Assembly: GCA_002189035.1 (NCBI GenBank)
Contig: CM007992.1
Coordinates: 62,001-126,000, forward strand
Direction of reading: 5' to 3'
DNA: 64,000 nucleotides
Origin: Utricularia gibba
Taxonomy: Eukaryota; Plantae; Magnoliophyta
Position 1 is the stretch's first letter, and each line of letters begins with the position of its first letter. Below, piece by piece: positions 55,339 to 64,000 of this stretch. The notes below the pieces were generated by a model. That model saw only the letters and a program-made list of their open reading frames with translations, did no database searches and had not been told where the DNA came from. Both the position numbers and the translations under genes were made by a program.

Positions 55339-56917
55339 ATGGCTTCAGCTTCATTCCTCAAGTCATCTCCAGTCCTTGACAAATCTGAGTACATCAAGGG
55401 GCAGTCCCTTCTACGGCAGCAGCCAATGGCCGTTGTTCGCTGCAACGTTGTCCCCTCAGCTCTCACCGTTCGTGCCAGCTATGCCGATGAACTTGTCAAA
55501 ACTGCGGTAAGTGGACTAGAAACATAGCACCTTTTTTGGATCAGAAGCTCACCCGATTTGGTGGTTGTAGAAAACTGTTGCATCTCCTGGTCGAGGAATC
55601 TTGGCGATGGATGAATCGAATGCTACCTGCGGAAAGCGTCTAGCTTCCATTGGGCTTGAGAATACGGAGTCTAACCGCCAAGCTTACAGGACTCTTTTGG
55701 TTTCAGCTCCAGGACTTGGGCAGTATATTTCAGGAGCAATTCTTTTTGAAGAAACACTCTACCAATCCACTACTGATGGAAAGAAGATTGTTGATGTGCT
55801 GGTTGAGCAGGGGATCGTTCCTGGTATCAAAGTTGACAAGGTGAGTCATTGGTTAAAATCAATGTATTGAACATGATATTGAAGCCATGATATTTATAAC
55901 ACAGGGTCTTGTTCCCTTGGCTGGCTCCAACTCTGAGTCTTGGTGCCAAGGTCTTGATGGATTGGCTTCTCGTTCCGCTGCTTACTATCAGCAAGGTGCC
56001 CGCTTTGCCAAATGGTATGGATTTCTGTTGCACAAGCGCTTCTCAGCAAACTTTGTTGTGGGATCTTTGAATATTCCTTGAGAGAGGAGTATAACATCAC
56101 CTTTTTACCATGAAAATGAAGGCGTACGGTGGTGAGCATTCCGAATGGTCCATCAGCACTTGCTGTCAAGGAAGCAGCATGGGGTCTGGCGAGATATGCA
56201 GCCATCTCCCAGGTATGCTGAACTTGTGCATTTCTTTTAAGAGCTTCTCATCCTCTAATGAGAAGCATGGTCCTAATTCATCAGGACAACGGATTGGTTC
56301 CTATTGTGGAGCCTGAGATCCTTCTAGATGGTGATCATGGAATCGAGAGGACATTCGAGGTTGCTCATAATGTATGGTCCGAGGTTTTCTTCTACCTGGC
56401 TCAGAATAACGTCTTGTTTGAAGGCATTCTCTTGAAACCTAGCATGGTTACCCCGGGTGCTGAGAGCAAGAACAAGGCTTCCCCAGAACAAGTTGCTGAA
56501 TACACTCTCAATCTTCTGAAAAGAAGAGTCCCTCCTGCTGTCCCTGGAATAATGGTGACTATCTTTACACTAACTTCTCATGTGGTTTTGGACATCGAAA
56601 CTGGCAGGGAAGTGCTAACTTGTTTCTCATCATTACAGTTTTTGTCTGGAGGGCAATCTGAAGTAGAGGCCACTCTCAACTTGAACGCAATGAACCAAGC
56701 ACCGAACCCGTGGCATGTCTCTTTCTCTTATGCACGAGCCCTCCAGAATACTTGCCTGAAGACATGGGGAGGAAGGCCAGAGAATGTGAAGGCAGCACAA
56801 GAGGTTCTCCTCATTAGAGCCAAGGCCAACTCTCAGGCTCAGCTCGGCAAGTACACCGCTGAAGGTGAGTCCGAGGAAGCCAAAAAGGAGTTATTCGTCA
56901 AGGGCTACAGTTACTAA
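55339..56917 (+). CDS. FBA: Plastid class I fructose-bisphosphate aldolase; multi-exon
   Basis: Transit peptide [17 protein letters not shown]...[38 protein letters not shown] and C-terminal FVKGYSY. Confidence 0.96.
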
Positions 56918-57385
56918 ATGTTCCCATTTCAGATTGTTTTGTTAAAGCTTTTGCTGTACGGTGAGGGAGAGGCAAAGAAACTGTGTTTTTCTGTGAACTC
57001 TGTGTTTGTTGGCAATGGTTTACTGTACTTGAGCCTGTTTCATCAAAAGGAGATTCCCCCAAAAGGCTAAACCAGAAGCATGTTCATATTCACTGCTCTG
57101 TTTCTGCACCGACGGCAGCAACCTTTTGATCCTTTCTCAGCAGCGGGGCTTCTAGAAGCAAGGCTGTAGAATGATGCAGCGACCTTAGGCTTTATTTATT
57201 ATTATTTAATATTGTTTAATCAGCATATTAATAATGCTTTTGGTCCTAATGGGCTTATGGTGGTCTGGAGTCGGCGGTTACACATCTCGGCCCAATACTT
57301 TGAAATGGATATAACAAGCGCCAACGCGAAGCTCTGGGTTCAGTGGTGATCGGTAGCGTTGCGAGTCTTGTTGCTTTGATGTGTC

Positions 57386-58216
57386 ATGGCGCCGCCGCCG
57401 ATCTTGCGCTTTTCTGTCATATTTCTGGTCGCTTGCTGCGCTTCCGCAGCCGGAGGTGAAACTTTCACGACTTATCTGCAAGAGCACAATGCGATGGTTG
57501 AAACGATCAGAAACAACGGTTTCATTCTGTTCGCGAACGCCATCGAAACCTCCGATCTCCGATTCGATCTCCTCAAACCAACAAACGACGGGGAAGAAGG
57601 CTCCAGTTCGCTCTTCACTATTTTTGCTCCAAGAAACGAGCTGATCTTCGCTGTCGACACGGCCTACAACGCAACCGAGTACGTCAACATTCTCCGTTAC
57701 CACGTGATTCCCAACCGCCGTCACAGTTATGCGGATCTGCAAAATCTTACTTCTCGCTCACTGGAAACTCTGGTTCCTGAGTACGCTGTGTTGATCGAAG
57801 ATTCGAGTGACGTGAACTCGTTTCGTGATTCAAGCGACGGCGTTACGGTTGATGGAATTCGGATTTCGAATCCTAATCTGTTTCTAGGGCAAAGATTGGC
57901 CGTTCACGGAATCGATGGGATTCTCTTAAAAGAAACGAGCCTGATGCGTGGTCTTGATTTTCCTGATGATAACGAGCCGAGATTTTTAACTCCATCAGAA
58001 TCTCCCTCTCCGGCGGCTGGGCCAATTGGAAGCCATGCGCCTGGGTCGCAATTTCCCGCGAATGATGATGCGTTGGCCATCCCACCAACTAAAGCCACAG
58101 GGCTTCAGGCTGAACATCTTGTGAACCAAGGAAGCGAGAAAAGTAGCCGTGATCCAGGTTTCCTCCGATGGATGAACCGCAGGCACCATCGCCAAAGTCG
58201 CCCAGGTGATCTCTGA
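57386..58216 (+). CDS. Fasciclin (FAS1) domain protein with signal peptide
   Basis: Hydrophobic N-terminus, FTIFAPRNE (H1), LRYHVIP and LAVHGIDGIL (H2). Intronless. Confidence 0.85.
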   Translation: MAPPPILRFSVIFLVACCASAAGGETFTTYLQEHNAMVETIRNNGFILFANAIETSDLRFDLLKPTNDGEEGSSSLFTIFAPRNELIFAVDTAYNATEYVNILRYHVIPNRRHSYADLQNLTSRSLETLVPEYAVLIEDSSDVNSFRDSSDGVTVDGIRISNPNLFLGQRLAVHGIDGILLKETSLMRGLDFPDDNEPRFLTPSESPSPAAGPIGSHAPGSQFPANDDALAIPPTKATGLQAEHLVNQGSEKSSRDPGFLRWMNRRHHRQSRPGDL

Positions 58217-60046
58217 ACTCTGATGGCTTCAGTTGCACTCGAAGTTTTCATCCTACAAGAGACCTTGGGAACATGAAGGAGCCTCAGCAGAAAAATCCAC
58301 TCGACTACTTGGTTGAAAATTGTAAGCAATTTTAGAAGTTTCGGTTTTGATTGTCCTCCTATAATACATGAACTGCATTGCAGAGAAATTTCCCATTTGC
58401 CCAAGTTTCAGTCGAATCACTTAATGAAAAAACTACAAGTGAAACGACTCAAGTACTAGTTTCTCCAGGCAGAGAAACCAGCAACCGGCTGCGTACATTC
58501 CTTCATACTCCAGGTTGCTGCCCGAAGGGAAAGAAGCACGCAACCGGATGCTAAACCAGAGAAAAAGGAGAAATGCCTACGCAATCGAAGCTGATGAGGA
58601 GTCTGGTCAGCGAACTTACCAACAATACTGCAGAGGCCAGCCAACGAGCAAAGCATCCCTGGTTCAGTCCGCGTTGCGGCTTCCACACTCTCGAGCCTTG
58701 AGCAAACACAGGCACAGCACTCTCTCTGCATATTCGATCCACATCATTCAGCTTCGCCGTCTCGTCTCAGGGTTCGGGTTTTGTAGATTGCTTCGGTGTT
58801 CAGGCGCCGTGTGGTTTCCTTGGCGGCCAGCAGGAGGACCCAACAAGGGAGGAAGATGCATGGGCCCCGCCATGGGGGGCTTTCGGAGGTGGCATGGCCC
58901 GCCCAATTAGCCAGCCCACCTATGCATGAGCTGGGGGCTATTGGTGTGGGCTTGCAATAAAGCCAGGTTGCCCGCAAATACGCCAGCCTCTGGAATGGAA
59001 TCAATTTTAAGGTTCATCAAAGTGGCTAGTCTTGACAAGATGGATGGAGAAAGAGAGCAGAGATGGTATCAGGCGTCATTCATTGTGTGGCCTCCGTCCG
59101 ACTCAATACGCCGGAACGATTAGTAAGTGAGCAGGGTGTGTACGTATTCTATTAAATGAAATGCAATTAAAAAGTTAATGACGGCAAGATATTAATTAAA
59201 TTCTCAGACAGGATGAGTCAGGTCAGAGACAGCCGTAGCTTCTATTTCTAAGTTTCTTCCTGATTTATCCTAATCGCTTATTTTATTTTCTTTTTCGGAC
59301 AGGATATGACGCCATTGTAACTACTCTACTTTTCTAGCACTGCACATAGAAGCGCACGGTTGCGGCAGGCATATCCTCCTGTCTTAGTTGCCTTCAATTT
59401 TTGTAATGAGGAATGAATGAGTAGATTTAAACTAGACAGTGATTGAACCACCCATCCCTTCCTGTAGGATCGCACGTACGTGCTCTGGGTAGGGTAACCT
59501 TTACACACACCGATCCTACCCACCAGCACTTGGTTTCTAGTGGCTTTTTTCCTTTTACCTGATCGGCTAAAAAAGCAAATTCCAGGGTGAATCCAACGAG
59601 CCGAACCCCAACTGAAAAAGCAATTGGATTTGGTGTGCAGTGGTTAATCGGAGGAGATTTATGTGTGTTGTGTGTAGTGAGAATAAATTGATGAGGTGTT
59701 GTGGCGTGGAGAGGGGAGAGGGGGTGGAGAAATCGGTCTCACATGCCATGTGACCAGCAGCTCCTGTCCACTTCCTTCCCCTCTTTCAATTCCTCATCTA
59801 TCCACGATTCATTATTTATGCCATGTTCCCTCACCACTGCCTCCGGGTTTTCACCCACCCTCTGTAGTTTTCACCTCGTTTCTGCCCTCTCTGAACCACC
59901 TATCTTTTCAGGGTCTGGAGCTGGGAACAAGCTGGCTGTGTTTCTTGAATTGAAATGGAAGAACAGGGGGTGAAGTGAATTGAATATGTTGGATAGTTTG
60001 TGGGGGAAAAACAGGAAAGCGGTTGTGAAGAAGAATTGGAGTTGGT

Positions 60047-63000
60047 ATGAAGGAGAAGACCTTGTTTGCGTCATTCGGAATCTGTTGTGGCTGCTCTATG
60101 CGACTCTTGGTCTCTATCCTCTTCTTTGGTTCGCTGTTTTCGGCGGTTTCCTACGCCGCAAACCACCCCTTGACAGATTCCCAGCAGCTCATTTCTTTCA
60201 AGGATTCTCTTATCTCAACCAGAGTTTTCCCCAGTTGGAAACCAGGATTGTCTCCCTGCAATTTTGATGGTGTTTCTTGTAAGAACTCCAGAGTATCATC
60301 TATCGACCTCTCCAATTTCCCTCTCAATGTGGACTTCTCTAAAGTTGCAAGCTTTCTTCTTCCACTGAGGAACTTGGAGACCCTTGTGCTGAGAAACGCA
60401 GGAATCTCTGGTTCAATCTCTTCTGCATCCAGATTTCCCTGCAGCAGTTCCTTGAATTCGTTAGATCTATCAGGAAATAGCGTTTCCGGGGCTGTTACCG
60501 ACGTTTCAGCATTCGGGGTTTGCTCTGGTCTGGCTTTTCTTAATCTATCGCACAATTCGTTGGGCCCTGTTGTTGAGAAGACCATCGAAAGCGCAGGGCT
60601 ATCCTCTCTGCGTATTCTGGATCTTTCTTACAACATAATCTCCGGCGGCGATGTCGCGGCATGGCTGCTCTCGGCCGAGTTCCCGGAGTTGCAGTATCTT
60701 TCGCTGCGGGGCAACGAAATTTCCGGAAACTTGCCTCAGTTCAGTTTGAAGAATTTGTACTACTTGGATCTTTCGCTCAATAATTTCTCCTCAGGGTTTC
60801 CGTCATTTCTTAGCTGCCCCAATCTGCAACGCCTGGACTTGTCTGCCAACAAATTTTACGGTCCTGTTGGGAACTCTCTTTCAGCCTGTTCCAAGCTGAG
60901 TTTCCTCAATCTCACAAATAACCAGCTCACAGAAGTGCCATCTCTTCCAGTGGGAGCTGTTCAGTATCTTTATCTACGGGGAAATGCCTTTCAAGGTGTT
61001 TTCCCCCAAAATCTGCTTGATTTATGCACAACCCTTGTGGAGTTGGACATGTCTTTCAACAATTTCACAGGCATTGTGCCGGACACCCTCTCTACCTGCT
61101 CAGCTCTTGAGATTCTGGATATCTCAGCCAACAATTTTTCCGGCGAGTTGCCGATCAACACTCTCTTAAAATTGAGCAATTTGAGCTCATTGGTCTTGTC
61201 TTTCAACAGTTTCGTGGGTGCTTTCTCTGATTCTTTCTCAAAAATGGAAAAACTGGAGACTTTAGATGTGAGTTCCAACAGCTTATCTGGGCAAATTCCT
61301 ACTGGGCTTTGCTCCAACTCCGACAGAACCTTGAAAAGGTTGTATGTTCAAAACAACATGCTTACGGGCCCTGTTCCTGATGCACTTGGTAACTGCTCGA
61401 ATTTGGAATCTCTTGATCTCAGTTTCAATTATCTGTCTGGAACTATTCCATCCAGCTTGGGCTCCTTATCAAGATTGAAGGATTTGATCATGTGGCTGAA
61501 TCAACTCTCGGGTGAAATCCCTTCGGAGCTTATGAAATTGCAGAGCTTGGAGAATCTCATTCTTGATTTCAATGAACTGACTGGATCAATACCTTCTAGT
61601 TTGAGCAACTGTAGCAAGTTGAATTGGATATCACTGTCGGACAACTTCTTGACAGGGGAGATACCATCGTCCCTCGGCAGCCTGCCTAATTTGGCTATTT
61701 TGAAGCTTAGAAACAACTCATTATCCGGGGGTATTCCAGGAGAGCTGGGAGATTGCCAGAGCTTGATTTGGCTGGATTTAAATTCCAACTACTTAAGTGG
61801 GACTATCCCACCTGCCCTCTTTAAGCAATCCAATATTGCTGCTGCATTTCTCACTGGTAAAAGGTATGTCTACGTCCGTTATGATGGCAGCAAGCATTGC
61901 CATGGAGCAGGTAATTTGCTAGAATTCGGAGGGATTCGTCCGGAAAGCTTGAACAGAATTTCAACAAGGAACCCTTGCAACTTCACTAGAGTTTACAGAG
62001 GAATCACCCAGCCGACATTCAATCACAATGGTTCAATGATATTTCTTGATCTTTCCTATAATAACTTGGTTGGAAGCATCCCCAAGGAGCTTGGCTTGAT
62101 GTACTACTTGTCTGTACTCAATCTCGGTCACAATGGTTTGTCTGGTCCTATTCCACAAGATCTTGGTGGCTTGAAGAATGTAGCTATTCTTGATTTGTCT
62201 TATAACAGGCTAAATGGATCGATACCGCTGTCACTGAAAGGCCTTACACTGCTTGGAGACATTGATCTATCAAACAACGATCTCTCTGGACCGATCCCTG
62301 ACTCAGCTCCATTCGACACCTTCCCTGATTATCGGTTCTTTAATAACTCGGGGCTTTGTGGCTACCCTCTGCCGACATGTCGACTGTTGGCTGGTTCAGG
62401 GACGGCTTTGCATACCAAGTCTAAGAGGAGGGAGGCATCTCTTGCAGGGAGCGTGGCAATTGGCATACTCTTTGCACTCCTTTGCATATTTGGTTTGGTC
62501 TTTTTTGCCATAGAAGCGAAGAAGCATGTGAAGAAAAAGGGAGCTGCGCTTGAGGCTTACATGGAGAACCATTCAAACTCGGCCACGGCTCAAAGCTTGT
62601 GGAAGCTTAGCGCCCGTGAGGCTTTATCAATTAATCTTTCTACTTTTGAGAAGCCTCTGCGGAAACTCACGTTTGCTGATCTTCTTGAAGCAACTAATGG
62701 CTTCCACAAGGACACCCTCATTGGATCAGGTGGCTTTGGGGACGTGTATAAAGCACGATTGAAAGACGGTAGCACTGTGGCAATCAAAAAACTGATTCAC
62801 GTTAGCAGCCAAGGTGATAGGGAATTCACTGCTGAGATGGAAACCATAGGAAAGATTAAGCACAGGAACCTTGTATCTCTGTTGGGTTATTGCAAAGTGG
62901 GGGAGGAGCGTCTTTTGGTCTATGAGTACATGAAATACGGAAGCCTAGAAGATGTTCTCCACAATCGAAAGAAAATGGGTATCAAGCTCAACTGGGCAGC

Positions 63001-63652
63001 AAGAAGGAAGATTGCCATTGGAGCAGCAACGGGATTAGCATTTCTGCATCACAGTTGCATTCCACATATCATTCACCGCGACATGAAGTCCAGCAATGTG
63101 CTTCTTGATGAAAACTTGGAGGCGAGGGTCTCCGATTTCGGAATGGCTAGAATGATGAGTGCAATGGATACTCATCTGAGTGTCAGTACATTAGCTGGAA
63201 CCCCCGGATATGTTCCTCCTGAGTACTATCAAAGCTTCAGGTGCACCACTTACGGCGATGTCTACAGCTATGGAGTTGTGTTGCTCGAGCTCCTCACGGG
63301 TAGACGGTCGACTGATTCAGCTGATTTCGGAGACAACAATCTCGTCGGTTGGGTGAAGCAGCATGCAAAAACAAGGATAAGTGATGTGTTCGATCCAATG
63401 TTGATGAAGGAGGATCTCTCTCTGGAGATAGAACTCCTGCAACACTTGAAGGTAGCTGTTTCTTGCTTGGATGATCGACACTGGAAGCGCCCCACTATGC
63501 TTCAAGTACTGACAATGTTCAAAGAGATTCAAGCTGGTTCTGGGCTGGATCCAGCATCGCCTCCGGTTGCAGTCAACTCCGCAGCTTTTGGCTCTTCAGC
63601 CGGGGTGGAGATGAGCATTGCGGAAGGCAATGAGTTAAGCAAACAGTCATGA
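60047..63652 (+). CDS. BRI1: Brassinosteroid receptor LRR-RLK; intronless
   Basis: LRRs, island domain [24 protein letters not shown]...[19 protein letters not shown] helix, [28 protein letters not shown] and [11 protein letters not shown]. Confidence 0.97.
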   Translation: MKEKTLFASFGICCGCSMRLLVSILFFGSLFSAVSYAANHPLTDSQQLISFKDSLISTRVFPSWKPGLSPCNFDGVSCKNSRVSSIDLSNFPLNVDFSKVASFLLPLRNLETLVLRNAGISGSISSASRFPCSSSLNSLDLSGNSVSGAVTDVSAFGVCSGLAFLNLSHNSLGPVVEKTIESAGLSSLRILDLSYNIISGGDVAAWLLSAEFPELQYLSLRGNEISGNLPQFSLKNLYYLDLSLNNFSSGFPSFLSCPNLQRLDLSANKFYGPVGNSLSACSKLSFLNLTNNQLTEVPSLPVGAVQYLYLRGNAFQGVFPQNLLDLCTTLVELDMSFNNFTGIVPDTLSTCSALEILDISANNFSGELPINTLLKLSNLSSLVLSFNSFVGAFSDSFSKMEKLETLDVSSNSLSGQIPTGLCSNSDRTLKRLYVQNNMLTGPVPDALGNCSNLESLDLSFNYLSGTIPSSLGSLSRLKDLIMWLNQLSGEIPSELMKLQSLENLILDFNELTGSIPSSLSNCSKLNWISLSDNFLTGEIPSSLGSLPNLAILKLRNNSLSGGIPGELGDCQSLIWLDLNSNYLSGTIPPALFKQSNIAAAFLTGKRYVYVRYDGSKHCHGAGNLLEFGGIRPESLNRISTRNPCNFTRVYRGITQPTFNHNGSMIFLDLSYNNLVGSIPKELGLMYYLSVLNLGHNGLSGPIPQDLGGLKNVAILDLSYNRLNGSIPLSLKGLTLLGDIDLSNNDLSGPIPDSAPFDTFPDYRFFNNSGLCGYPLPTCRLLAGSGTALHTKSKRREASLAGSVAIGILFALLCIFGLVFFAIEAKKHVKKKGAALEAYMENHSNSATAQSLWKLSAREALSINLSTFEKPLRKLTFADLLEATNGFHKDTLIGSGGFGDVYKARLKDGSTVAIKKLIHVSSQGDREFTAEMETIGKIKHRNLVSLLGYCKVGEERLLVYEYMKYGSLEDVLHNRKKMGIKLNWAARRKIAIGAATGLAFLHHSCIPHIIHRDMKSSNVLLDENLEARVSDFGMARMMSAMDTHLSVSTLAGTPGYVPPEYYQSFRCTTYGDVYSYGVVLLELLTGRRSTDSADFGDNNLVGWVKQHAKTRISDVFDPMLMKEDLSLEIELLQHLKVAVSCLDDRHWKRPTMLQVLTMFKEIQAGSGLDPASPPVAVNSAAFGSSAGVEMSIAEGNELSKQS

Positions 63653-64000
63653 TTTCTTTCCTGAACAGGAGATGAACAAATAATCAGACGCTGCTGTGAT
63701 GAAGCACACACCTTCTTCACTCAGCCCCCATTTTTTTCCCATTGTGTATTATCGTTAGCACTAGCACAGAGTTTGTATCTATCTACTCTTAGAACTCAAG
63801 CAGCCCATGAAGTGAATAGAGCAAAAACCGCCCCCTTTCATCACCTGCACTGAGTACTGCTGTAGATATGGTTATACATTTTGTGGTTTGCTATGATTCA
63901 TCAGTGTTCAGTAATCAACCCTGTCCAATCTTTTCAATGTGTGGTCAAACAGGACAGGAGCTGCTGACACAATCAATAGGTTTTATTCAAAATCCTCCCC

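Overview
Eukaryotic plant nuclear DNA, not prokaryotic: I found no CRISPR array, operon or intact mobile element. The window is very gene-dense. It holds about 22 protein-coding genes (one, PPCK, frameshifted as written), two clear pseudogenes, a tRNA-Lys(CTT) and a TAS3 tasiRNA locus. Most introns are only about 70-100 nt. The density, short introns and asterid-like BRI1 suggest a miniaturised Lamiales genome such as Utricularia or Genlisea; this is inference, not verified. Order: GCP4 (5' end outside window), PAS-domain B2 Raf kinase, stachyose-synthase-like GH36, AIF/IBH1-type bHLH, RWA, TAS3, kinase pseudogene, prohibitin, mito mL54, SMR, oleosin, DEG1, mS38/COX24-like, GIF1/AN3, PRP3, AHL pseudogene, PPCK, CJD1-like, PP2A-B'', C2 protein, HSP70, GATA, tRNA-Lys, plastid FBA, fasciclin protein, BRI1. 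The most unusual object is the TAS3 locus. It has intact tandem tasiARFs and a canonical 5' miR390 site, but its 3' (normally cleaved) site carries a 4-nt insertion. A perfect 10-bp inverted copy of the tasiARF core sits right after the second tasiARF, and four G-quadruplex-type pentamer repeats lie upstream. I cannot claim a wholly new system from sequence alone; this remodelled TAS3 is the best lead. Exon boundaries and alignments were read by eye, and protein comparisons are from memory of the families.
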